Shown in pieces: positions 1-8,600 of a DNA stretch of 64,000 nucleotides. A program made the translations under genes and the position numbers. The notes below the pieces were generated by a model that worked only from the letters and a program-made list of their open reading frames with translations, had not been told where the DNA came from and did not search any database. Origin of the DNA: Rubripirellula sp. (lineage in GTDB: Bacteria > Planctomycetota > Planctomycetia > Pirellulales > Pirellulaceae). Within the stretch, counting starts at the first letter, position 1. Every line of letters begins with the position of its first letter. The DNA lies in the NCBI GenBank assembly GCA_965216875.1, contig OZ244207.1, forward strand, positions 4,352,001-4,416,000, read 5' to 3'.

Positions 1-1474
1 GGGCGGCCTCGGCGGTTGCATCGAGCAGTTGAAGCTGAGCTTCGAAGAGCGTGCGCTGCACGGTCAGTAACTGCAGAAAGCTTGACTCACCCACCTCGTA
101 CGCTTGGTTGGTCAACTTCAGCGTCTCTTCGGCACGCGGCACAATCTCCGACTCGATCCGGTCTCGGCGTCGTCGTGCCACTTCATAGCGTTGATAGACG
201 CTCGCCAATCGACTCGCCAAATGCTGCTCGGTCTGTTGATACGCGCGATCCGCTTCGGAAATCTCAAACCGGATGCGTCGCAAATTCCCTTGATTGCGAT
301 TGCGGAGCGGAAGCGGCACACTGACTTGTACCGAACCGTAGGTGTCATCGGTCGCCGCATCAACGCCAACGCCAAGCTGCGCCGTCACATTAGGTGTGAT
401 CGAAGCGCACGCCAATTGATAATCGTGTCTCGCTCTTTGGATCGTTGCCGCTCGACGCATCAACTCCGGACTTCCTTGGATTGTCTCACCTGACAATCGG
501 TCGAACATCAATCCATTGAGGTTCGTGTCAACCGTTCCTTGCAGCGGAGTCACCGGCAACGCGCCAATTCCTACAACGGCTTCGAGTCGCCTGCGCGCTC
601 CATCGAGTTCGGCTTGCGAAGTTTCTTGGGCCAAGACGGCCCGCTGTAACTCGGTCTGTGCCTGCAGCAACTCGATCCGCGACGACTCACTGCCCATTTG
701 CACCACCGACTTGCTCGATTTTTCGGCAATCTGTTTCAGTTGATCGACGAGACTCAGCCGCTGCTGTGCCACGAGCGCGTCCAAGAATGCCGCTCGAACA
801 TCCGTCTGCACTTGCAAGCGTGTGACTTCCAAATCGGCTTGCGCTTGTTGCATTTCTGCAGCGACAACGTTTTGCGCCAGCCCCAACTTATTCGCCGTGA
901 TCATGGTTTGCGCCACGGCGACGCGGTGGAGCCCCGAGAATCCACCGTTGCCAATTTCGTCGCTGTTGTATTGCAGCACGGGATTGCGCGGCGTCCCCGC
1001 CTGAATCCATTTGCCACGCAACGCCTCGATCGAAGCTCGCCGGCGGGCAATGCTCGGATGATGAGTCATGGCGAGCGACTCGAGGTGTGCAAGCGTTAGC
1101 TCGGCCGGATCCGTCGCAAGCACTTCCTCTGGGCGCGAGGAAGGCGCGGGAAGTGGCTCGATCGACTCGGCCGGTTCACCGGTCAAGTCGGAACTCGAAT
1201 CTGCCCCGGCCGACGGGTCCTCATCACGAACGACCGTTTCGGGCAGTTGTGCGATGCGGTGCGAAACGGTCCGCGTCGACGCGATAGATTTGACGCCCGG
1301 ATCGTGGGATGGGGCCGCGAGAGCAGCGTAGCGATCTCGTTCCTGTGAGGCGCAGCCGCTGGCGATCGCGCAAGCACACACAAGCGTCGCAACGATGCCT
1401 TGTCGATCGCATCTCTTTCCTGCCGACACGCCTTGACCATCGCCTCCCTGCGAATCATGACTCTCGAACCACAT
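1..1474 (-). CDS. TolC/CzcC-family outer-membrane efflux lipoprotein, 3'-truncated by the window edge
   Basis: Translated by hand because it is absent from the ORF track (no stop in window). Reads MWFESHDS...VATLVCACAIASGC (lipobox)...LESLAMTHHPSI...RGKWIQAGTPRNPVLQY...QVSVPLPLRNRNQGN...YEVGESSFLQLLTVQRTL, typical OEP repeats. Start uncertain. Confidence 0.8.
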   Translation of the reverse strand, partial: MWFESHDSQGGDGQGVSAGKRCDRQGIVATLVCACAIASGCASQERDRYAALAAPSHDPGVKSIASTRTVSHRIAQLPETVVRDEDPSAGADSSSDLTGEPAESIEPLPAPSSRPEEVLATDPAELTLAHLESLAMTHHPSIARRRASIEALRGKWIQAGTPRNPVLQYNSDEIGNGGFSGLHRVAVAQTMITANKLGLAQNVVAAEMQQAQADLEVTRLQVQTDVRAAFLDALVAQQRLSLVDQLKQIAEKSSKSVVQMGSESSRIELLQAQTELQRAVLAQETSQAELDGARRRLEAVVGIGALPVTPLQGTVDTNLNGLMFDRLSGETIQGSPELMRRAATIQRARHDYQLACASITPNVTAQLGVGVDAATDDTYGSVQVSVPLPLRNRNQGNLRRIRFEISEADRAYQQTEQHLASRLASVYQRYEVARRRRDRIESEIVPRAEETLKLTNQAYEVGESSFLQLLTVQRTLFEAQLQLLDATAEAA

Positions 1475-1682
1475 CGTTATGCATCGACCGATCACCGGAC
1501 CACGTTTGACGAATTGCAAAAGATGCGTACTGGGCGACATCAACCGTTAAACTATGCCGACTGGGTAGAACAATTCGGCTCCGAAATCCGTGAATCAAGG
1601 CGGAGTCGAACGCCGACTCGACATTTCAAGGAAAGCCCTTCCGGACCTCTCCAGCCCCATCGCTCTTCAGGAATTCGTCATC

Positions 1683-2765
1683 GTGTCCACCTTTCGTCTG
1701 GTTGCTTTGATGGTCGCTTCGTTCGCGGGCACCCTTGTTGCAAACCCCCTTCTGGCCCAGTCGTCACCGCCCGTCCTGTTACAGATGATTCGTGACGACG
1801 CGATCCACGACGAGTTGAATCTGACCGCCGACCAGCGAGACTCGATTCTTCGTGCCTTGCCGGCAATTGACGGCCGTTGGTTTCGAGCCCGCAATCTGAA
1901 GAGCGACGAACAGGGCGCCGAGATCGACAAGCTGACCGCTGAAATGAAACAGCAGCTGGGCACGATCATCGATTCACCACGGCTCGCACGACTCGAACAA
2001 CTTGAGCGGCAAGCCTTGGGTACGCGAATGTTCGGCCGTGACGACGTTGCCACCCGGCTGCAACTCAGTGATGCGCAGCGCAAAGTGTTCATGGACACCT
2101 TCGTTACCACTGACAACAAGTCTGCCGAGATTCAGAAGCAGTTACGAAGCTCGGAGATCGATGGTCGAGAAGCACAACGAAAAATCGATGGTCTCAAAAA
2201 CAAAGAACGTCAAGCCATCGTCAACCAACTCACCAACGACCAAAAGTCAAAACTCTCGTCGTTGACCGGCAGTCCCTTCAACTTCGCAAGTGTGAAGCGA
2301 ATGTACCCGCTCGCACCTGAACTCTCATCCGAAGGCGTCACTTGGATTCAAGGAGGCCCACTGAAGCTGAGTGAATTGCGAGGCAAAGTGGTCGCCGTTC
2401 ACTACTACGCGTTTCAATGCATCAATTGCCGCCGCAACTTTCCACACTACAAGGCATGGCACGACGACTTCAAAGACAAAGACCTTGTCATCATCGGTAT
2501 TCAAACGCCAGAAACCTCCGCCGAGCGGAGCCTCGAACGCGTCACTCAAGCTGCCAAGAACGACGGAATCGAGTATCCCGTCCTGCTTGATTCCAAAGGT
2601 TCGAATTGGAACACTTGGTCCAACACCATGTGGCCGACCGTCTATCTGATCGACAAGAAAGGGTTCATTCGCCGCTGGTGGCAAGGTGAGATGAACTGGC
2701 AGGGAACACCCGGCGAACAGCAAATGCGACAAACGATCGAAACGCTGTTGGCAGAAGAGTCCTAG
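1683..2765 (+). CDS. Exported redoxin (TlpA/DipZ-like thioredoxin domain) with N-terminal helical Spy-like repeats
   Basis: Signal peptide, then LRGKVVAVHYYAFQCINC (CxxC) and WPTVYLIDKKG. GTG at 1683 chosen; the ORF is open from 1590. Confidence 0.8.
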   Translation: MSTFRLVALMVASFAGTLVANPLLAQSSPPVLLQMIRDDAIHDELNLTADQRDSILRALPAIDGRWFRARNLKSDEQGAEIDKLTAEMKQQLGTIIDSPRLARLEQLERQALGTRMFGRDDVATRLQLSDAQRKVFMDTFVTTDNKSAEIQKQLRSSEIDGREAQRKIDGLKNKERQAIVNQLTNDQKSKLSSLTGSPFNFASVKRMYPLAPELSSEGVTWIQGGPLKLSELRGKVVAVHYYAFQCINCRRNFPHYKAWHDDFKDKDLVIIGIQTPETSAERSLERVTQAAKNDGIEYPVLLDSKGSNWNTWSNTMWPTVYLIDKKGFIRRWWQGEMNWQGTPGEQQMRQTIETLLAEES

Positions 2766-2787
2766 CAATCACTAGGCATCAGCGCTT

Positions 2788-2810
2788 GTAGCGTGTGTGC
2801 TTGCACGCAC
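2788..2810. repeat. REP-like element, family B (GTAGGGTGCGTGCTTGCACGCACC), solo copy
   Basis: Matches copies at 45866-45967 and 61355-61574. Confidence 0.75.
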
Positions 2811-2829
2811 AACGAAGCCGCTCAAGAAA

Positions 2830-2870
2830 CGAAAAAAGGCGAAGCCGGCTCCGAAGAACCGACTCCGCCT
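2830..2870 (-). terminator. Rho-independent terminator
   Basis: Minus strand AGGCGGAGUCGGUUC-UUCG-GAGCCGGCUUCGCCU-UUUUU: 15-bp stem with 3 G-U pairs, C(UUCG)G loop and U-tract. Confidence 0.85.
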
Positions 2871-2940
2871 CGCACGGGGGGACGCTTGATATCTCGTTGT
2901 GCTTCACGTTGTCAGTAGCGTTCCCGTTACACCACTAACA
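2830..2940 (-). ncRNA. Candidate small RNA (or structured 3' extension of the rtcB transcript)
   Basis: 12-bp hairpin (2910-2940) and terminator both need G-U pairs that exist only on the minus strand; a C6 single-stranded tract lies between them; no credible CDS covers the region. Confidence 0.4.
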
Positions 2941-3152
2941 GTAGTCCGGTTCTGTGCGGCAGGCCGGCAAAGATTGAGCTGTTTTGGGTAATTCACATCG
3001 GGAATACCCTGAAAACAAACAGCTATACCGGTTATCCGAATCGTTGGGCCTGCGAAGCCGTTACGGGACTCCCGCGAAGCGGAATCTCCACCCGTTTGAC
3101 GGTCAAACACGCCCAAATGTGCCCCTAAAAAACAGCGAATCGCCAACCGTTT

Positions 3153-3291
3153 GTAGTACCGAGCTTTAGCCGGAATCTTCAGGCTCTTGCGCCGTGAGCC
3201 GTACGCGCTAGCGTCGGGCCCCGCCGAGACTTACGAGCTCTCTGGGACTCACAAGTGTGTAAGCCCGACGCTAGCGCGTGCGGCTCACGGC
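3153..3291. repeat. REP mosaic: family A half-element plus long inverted repeat of family I (CCGTGAGCCG...CGGCTCACGG)
   Basis: GTAGTACCGAGCTTTAGCCGG at 3153, and a near-perfect inverted repeat of about 28 bp bracketing 3192-3290. Confidence 0.8.
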
Positions 3292-3348
3292 TCTAAGGCC
3301 CGTAGAGGGTCTGTTTTGGAACGATCATGCCCTCACCGCTTTAACGCA

Positions 3349-4737
3349 CTAGTCTTCTGCCTTGCTTCCGTCGCCACACATTTTGACCACGCATGGATCG
3401 AATCGTCCCAACACGTCGACGAGGTCCTCCTGGCACTTCATCACCTGGCGGATGTCCTTGTACGCGCCAGGAACCTCATCCGCCTCAGCCGAAATGACGT
3501 GCACGCCTTTCTTTTTCAAATCACCTTGAACCGCGTTCCAGCGGTACTTTTCTTTCGCCGCTCGCCGAGACAACTTACGTCCTGCGCCGTGTGACGCCGA
3601 ATGCAGGGCTGACGCGTTGCCTCGCCCCGACACAATGAAGGCAGGATCCGCCATCGAACCCGGAATGATGCCAAGCTGTCCCTTTCCTGCGGGCGTCGCG
3701 CCTTTGCGATGCACGACACATTCCACGCCGTTGTGATTCTCGAGCCAAGCAAAGTTATGGAAGTTCTCGATCACCCGAAGCGTTTGACCGCCGATCGCCT
3801 TGGTCACTAGACGGTGGATCACATCGTGATTGGCAGCCGCGTATTGCCCCATCAATTGCATTGCGGCCCAATAGTCTTGTCCTTCTTCGGTATCGAGACC
3901 GAGCCACGCCAGATAAGCCAAGTCATCATACTTGGCCGATAGACGACTACGAGCGATCGAGCTGTACGTCGAACAAACCGCCGCGCCCGGGCCACGACTT
4001 CCGCTATGGCTGAGCAACCCAACATAGTTTCCGGGCTGAAGATCAAGATCCTCGCTCACTTCATCCACCGTGACCACTCCAAACTCGACGAAGTGGTTTC
4101 CAGAGCCTGACGTCCCAAGTTGTTCCCAAGCGCGATCCTTTTGGTGCCGCGTGATTTTGGTCACATTCCAATCTGCGTCCATCACCTCATGCTGCATCGG
4201 GAATTCATGAACGGCTCCCATGCCGAAACGCGTGTTGCGTGAAATCGCTTCTCCAAACCGCGCGGGATCCTTGACCATTCGATCAACCGGCACATCGATG
4301 ATCGACAACTTCATTCGACACCCGATGTCGACACCGACGGCGTAAGGAATCACTGCGTTGTCACATGCCAGCACACCGCCAATCGGCAGCCCGTAGCCAA
4401 CGTGCCCATCGGGCATCAATGCTCCCACCTTCGCCACAGGCACTTCACATGCGCGGCTCATCTGCTTGCGCGTCGGCTGGTCGATATGCTCATCACCCCA
4501 ACACTCGAACGGGACGGGTCCGCCGCGCACAAAATCTCGGTCGTCGATCACCGCTTGAGCAAGCGTATCGAGAACGGGGGCATCCAAGAAACTCTCAGGA
4601 GTCTCCATCAATTGCTCGAGGTCTCCGCGAATCTGGTTCTTGCGTCGCCCTTCGGCTCTCAGATCCTGGACCGCCATGATCGCCAGTGACAGGCAATCGT
4701 CGGGGATTCCGATCTTCCGCAGTTGTCGAGTGTTCAA
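3349..4737 (-). CDS. rtcB: RtcB-family RNA ligase (3'-phosphate/5'-OH)
   Basis: MPDGHVGYGLPIGG, VGVDIGC, LGTSGSGNHFVE, HSGSRG, HRKGAT, PGSM, SHGAGR and EVPGAYK motifs. Confidence 0.95.
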   Translation of the reverse strand: MNTRQLRKIGIPDDCLSLAIMAVQDLRAEGRRKNQIRGDLEQLMETPESFLDAPVLDTLAQAVIDDRDFVRGGPVPFECWGDEHIDQPTRKQMSRACEVPVAKVGALMPDGHVGYGLPIGGVLACDNAVIPYAVGVDIGCRMKLSIIDVPVDRMVKDPARFGEAISRNTRFGMGAVHEFPMQHEVMDADWNVTKITRHQKDRAWEQLGTSGSGNHFVEFGVVTVDEVSEDLDLQPGNYVGLLSHSGSRGPGAAVCSTYSSIARSRLSAKYDDLAYLAWLGLDTEEGQDYWAAMQLMGQYAAANHDVIHRLVTKAIGGQTLRVIENFHNFAWLENHNGVECVVHRKGATPAGKGQLGIIPGSMADPAFIVSGRGNASALHSASHGAGRKLSRRAAKEKYRWNAVQGDLKKKGVHVISAEADEVPGAYKDIRQVMKCQEDLVDVLGRFDPCVVKMCGDGSKAED

Positions 4738-4756
4738 ATCATTGTCTTTCTATTCC

Positions 4757-4830
4757 GGGCGGGTGAGTGTTTTCGGCTCCGCAGGAGCGTCGCCCTCCCA
4801 ACTGAGTACATAGCCCTCCCCGCTGAGTAC
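4757..4830. repeat. Eroded REP-like family G element with a 21-bp-period micro-duplication
   Basis: CGGCTCCGCAGGAGCGTCGCCCTCCC is identical to 13535-13560; GCCCTCCC..CTGAGTAC is repeated at 4792 and 4813. Confidence 0.7.
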
Positions 4831-4979
4831 GTGACTTTGACAGACATTCGCGGCTCAATGTTCACGCGAAATGAAACGTCTTGCCGTGAAACCGGAGATT
4901 TTGGTATTCCCACATGCTGGTAAGGGGCATTGCGCCCAAATATCGACCTGACTCACTCTGTCTCGGACGAGGAATTCCC

Positions 4980-5918
4980 GTGGGACTCGACTGTTCAACC
5001 ATTAAATTCTTGGCTGGCGCAAAAGCAGCCGGAGTCGATTTCCAGCGGACTTTGACCATCGGTCGTCAGGATCTGTTTCCCAAGCGGCACACGATGCGTC
5101 GTGTCTTTGACGCCTTGGAAATCAACGAGGATGCCAAAGCCTTCCTGCGGGCCAATCCCTACGGTGAGGCTCTCTTTGAGAAACTCGGTGCCGACCACAT
5201 CGACTCGATGGATTCCAATTCCTACGAGGATGCGACGGTCATCCACGACATGAATGAGCCGATTCCCGAATCGCTCAAAAAGCAATACTCGCTGGTCTAT
5301 GACGGCGGATCGCTCGAGCACATCTTCAATGCCCCACAGGCACTCAAGAATTGCATGGAGATGGTCCAGGTTGGCGGCTACTTCATCCAAGCAAGCATCG
5401 CCAACAACTTCATGGGGCATGGATTTTGGCAGTTCAGTCCCGAAGTGTTCTTCCGCGCGATGAGTGAAGAAAACGGGTTTCGAACCGAGTTCGTTCTCCT
5501 CAACGAAGTCACCACCCCTCGTTGGGTCGCCGTTCAACATCCCGAGATCGCTCAGAGTCGCGTCGAGTTGTGCAACTCGAATCAGACCTACATCTTTGCG
5601 ATTGCCAAACGGATCGCCGACAAGCCGATCTTCGAGAGAGTCCCCCAGCAAGGCTTCTATGTCTCGATGTGGGACAATGGTGTCGCCGACCATGCCAGTG
5701 GCGTGAAACCGCGGCCTAGCTTCGCTCAGAAATGGAAGATTTCAATTCGCAAGCGTGCTGTCAAACTGGGGCGAAAAATCGTTCGCCGTCCCTACAACAA
5801 GCCGTACTTCGAGCGAGTCGCCGAAAACGATCTCTTGGCAGGGCGGATCCCAGAGCTCAACGCCGCCATCAAGGCGCCGACAAACGAGGGTACCGTCGCG
5901 CCCCGCGCCGCCGCATAA
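4980..5918 (+). CDS. Class I SAM-dependent methyltransferase-like protein
   Basis: DSMD, IHDMN and YSLVYDGGSLEHIFN resemble a Methyltransf_11-like core. GTG 4980 follows GAGGAA; the ORF is open from 4914. Confidence 0.55.
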   Translation: MGLDCSTIKFLAGAKAAGVDFQRTLTIGRQDLFPKRHTMRRVFDALEINEDAKAFLRANPYGEALFEKLGADHIDSMDSNSYEDATVIHDMNEPIPESLKKQYSLVYDGGSLEHIFNAPQALKNCMEMVQVGGYFIQASIANNFMGHGFWQFSPEVFFRAMSEENGFRTEFVLLNEVTTPRWVAVQHPEIAQSRVELCNSNQTYIFAIAKRIADKPIFERVPQQGFYVSMWDNGVADHASGVKPRPSFAQKWKISIRKRAVKLGRKIVRRPYNKPYFERVAENDLLAGRIPELNAAIKAPTNEGTVAPRAAA

Positions 5919-6010
5919 CAGCAGTCGTGCGCGCCGCCGAATGCAAGCAGTTGCTTGCCACTGCGCAAAGCTAGCGCAGTGAAAAGGGAATACTCACAAC
6001 AGCAGCCGAA

Positions 6011-6175
6011 CTAGCGTGGTTTGTTGGCTTCGCGTTCTTGACGCGGCTGCTCGCTCGTCTGCCCAGACGGTTGCGATTCGCTTTGCGTGCTTGCTGTCGC
6101 TGTTCCTGATGGCCCCAGAACAAACGTTTGCTTGATTCCGTGTACCGATTGAATGGTAAACGTGTTCCCGTTCAT
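6011..6175 (-). CDS. Possible 54-aa small protein
   Basis: MNGNTFTIQSVHGIKQTFVLGP plus a polar tail, lying in an otherwise empty gap of about 550 bp. No homology recognised. Confidence 0.3.
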   Translation of the reverse strand: MNGNTFTIQSVHGIKQTFVLGPSGTATASTQSESQPSGQTSEQPRQEREANKPR

Positions 6176-6472
6176 ATCGCGTCTCGATGCGCTTTGGAAA
6201 GTCTTTTGAAAAGGACAACTAAACCATCGGTCAGAAAAATTTGGGGCGCGACAGCATTCTTTACACCTATCGGCGATCACTCTCGGCCCGATTCCGGTTG
6301 TAACGATTCATCCGAAAACACCGACGCGACGGCACCTCCGCAATCCTTTGGCTAGGTCGGCAGACGGCCCGCTATCCACGCTATACTGGGCGGCTCCCCC
6401 ACCGTCCATGGCAAATCATGCCGGATGCCTCCTGCCCTTACGATCACGTCGACTTTTTCGGTCGCTTCAACC

Positions 6473-7180
6473 ATGCGTTTCTCATTCTTGCTTGTTCTTG
6501 CACCTGTTCTGTTTGCGTTTTCACACTGCCGAGCCGAGGAGTCCTCGTTCTACGAGCCGATCGAGCGCAACATCGAAGGCTGGACGATCATCCTTGATCC
6601 CGAGTTGTTCACCGAAGAGCACAAGGAAACATCGGAAGCAGCTCTCGTCGCTTTGGCAAATCACCTGCAACGCATCAAGTACATCGTTGCCGAGGATCGA
6701 GTGAAACAGCTTCAGCAAATGCGAATCTGGGTCGATTGGCACCACGAACTTTCGTCGATGCAATACCATCCCAGTCGCGGTTGGTTGTTGGCCAACGGTC
6801 ATGACCCGAGACTGGTCAAACACGTGCATGTCCCACGTGTGAAACATTTGCTCGACCGAGGCCAGTGGGCCAAACACCCCTACGTTGTGCTGCACGAACT
6901 GGCCCATGCCTATCACGATCAAGTGCTCAGTTTTGACAACCAAGAGGTGATTGACGTTTTCGAGGCGATGAAAGAGAAGGGCAGCTACGAGAATGTGCTG
7001 CTGTACACCGGTCGCAAAGTGAAACACTACGGTCTCAACAACCATAAAGAGTATTTCGCCGAATCAACCGAAGCCTACTTTGGCGTCAACGATTTTTACC
7101 CCTTCGTCCGCGCCGAGTTGAAAGAACACGACCGGCCGATGTACGACCTGATGGTCAAGATTTGGGGCAAGATTGACTAG
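6473..7180 (+). CDS. Secreted zinc metallopeptidase (HEXXH, lethal-factor/MtfA-like zincin)
   Basis: Signal peptide, VLHELAHAYH, and downstream KEYFAESTEAYF. Confidence 0.8.
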   Translation: MRFSFLLVLAPVLFAFSHCRAEESSFYEPIERNIEGWTIILDPELFTEEHKETSEAALVALANHLQRIKYIVAEDRVKQLQQMRIWVDWHHELSSMQYHPSRGWLLANGHDPRLVKHVHVPRVKHLLDRGQWAKHPYVVLHELAHAYHDQVLSFDNQEVIDVFEAMKEKGSYENVLLYTGRKVKHYGLNNHKEYFAESTEAYFGVNDFYPFVRAELKEHDRPMYDLMVKIWGKID

Positions 7181-7192
7181 CGTAGGCCGCTG

Positions 7193-7347
7193 GTAGTACC
7201 GCCCTTGGGCGGAAGAGTCTGAGGGTTCTGGCTAAAGCTCGGTACTACAAACAAAGAAGTAGGCCGGATCAAGGAGCGACAGCGACGCAGATCCGGCATG
7301 CCGCTAGCTGCTCTCCAAAGCCCCACGCTCTGGCGAGCGTAGCTACG
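7193..7347. repeat. REP mosaic: family A inverted pair, family F and family E
   Basis: GTAGTACC...GGTACTAC (7193-7248), GTAGGCCGGATCAAGGAGCGACAGCGAC (7259), and CCCACGCTCTGGCGAGCGTAGCTAC (7323-7347). All recur elsewhere in the window. Confidence 0.85.
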
Positions 7348-7378
7348 GGATTCTGAACCCGGCCGCTTGCGTTGGCAT

Positions 7379-8467
7379 TTACAGCGATTGGATATACCAG
7401 GCGACCCGTTTGCTGAAATCGAATGAATCGACGCCGACGATGCGTTCGAAATCTTGAATGCGATCGCGCCGTTTGTATTCGACAAAGGGTGGGCGACTTG
7501 CCGTGTGATTGAGCAGCTTGGCGAATTCCTTTGGCTGGCGTTCTGCGAGGTAGAACATCATTGCCCACGAGACGGCGTAGGCTTTGGTGACCGACGAACT
7601 GTTATCGAAGAGTGCATCTTGGCCGATCAGATCAAACATGTCTCGGCTGAGCTTCGTGTTGTCTCGGCCTGGGTAGGTCGATTTCAAATAGGTCAACGCA
7701 CTGCGGTTGATTCGATCCGCAACCGACCCGCTGCCGCGTGGATCGGTCAACGCAGCTGGTTCGAACATTTCGCCGATGCCTTCGGTGATCCAGCGTGGTG
7801 TGTCGTTCACTCGGCTGTGCACGCCGGAATTGAACGCCGATTGATGAGCCGCTTCGTGTCGCACCGTGGCGGCGGTGCGCGAGGCGTAGCCGCCGTCGTG
7901 AGTGAGCACGCGGTTGCTGTGATTGGAAAAAATCCCCGCAACCCGCGAAACATCCATGCCCAGCTTGCGCATCTCGGAATACATCGCGTCTTGATCTGGA
8001 TAGACGACTGCGACCATGGGGAATCGCCCGTCCCGAACATTCACGCCCCGACGTTTCATGTAGGTGACGAACGCGCGATGCGATTGTTCAAACATCTTCG
8101 GCCACCGGTCTCCTCGTCCCGCCGGCTGGACGACAAGAAAGTTCTGAGTCGTTACCACTTCAAACTTCCGACCAAATTCGGCTCGCAATTCGTTCCGCAC
8201 TTCGACGGCGTTGGCCGGCTGGTAACGCCCCTCGATCGGCCGAATTCGACTTTTTCCGTCATGCGGATTGAGTGAATGCAATCCGCCGTCACGTCCAATC
8301 ACCAACATCTCGTGAGCAGTGTCAACCAAAGCCAAGCCCTGCTGGAGCTTGCCGCTCGAAAAGAACTCGACCATTCCGGCGGTTTGCCCCTCGCAGCGGC
8401 TCGGATAAACCAAGCATGCCAGGACGATGAACGTGAAAAACGCCGGGGAGATCGCAAGAGTTCGCAT
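7379..8467 (-). CDS. DUF1570-like exported putative metallopeptidase
   Basis: Signal peptide, TVRHEAAHQSAFN, PRWITEGIGEMFE and YAVSWAMMFYL. Confidence 0.8.
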   Translation of the reverse strand: MRTLAISPAFFTFIVLACLVYPSRCEGQTAGMVEFFSSGKLQQGLALVDTAHEMLVIGRDGGLHSLNPHDGKSRIRPIEGRYQPANAVEVRNELRAEFGRKFEVVTTQNFLVVQPAGRGDRWPKMFEQSHRAFVTYMKRRGVNVRDGRFPMVAVVYPDQDAMYSEMRKLGMDVSRVAGIFSNHSNRVLTHDGGYASRTAATVRHEAAHQSAFNSGVHSRVNDTPRWITEGIGEMFEPAALTDPRGSGSVADRINRSALTYLKSTYPGRDNTKLSRDMFDLIGQDALFDNSSSVTKAYAVSWAMMFYLAERQPKEFAKLLNHTASRPPFVEYKRRDRIQDFERIVGVDSFDFSKRVAWYIQSL

Positions 8468-8600
8468 TTTCGGACTTTGCAATGATGAGGAAGTTTTTGA
8501 ACAGCCACCTGAAGGCTAGGTTAAAATCCGAGAAGCCGCTGAAGGCACCAGAATGTGGGGGTGCCGATTCTTTCCCGGGCAGGTTCCGAATTCGAGGAAA

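Noticed and set aside
2922..2928. CsrA/RsmA-sponge interpretation of the GGA loop in the candidate sRNA
   Set aside because: Only one looped GGA, and it does not match ANGGA; sponges carry several.
4859..4872. TGTTC-N4-GAAAT as a LexA-type box upstream of rtcB
   Set aside because: Only 3 of 5 matches in the right half-site, single copy, and the planctomycete LexA motif is not established to my knowledge.
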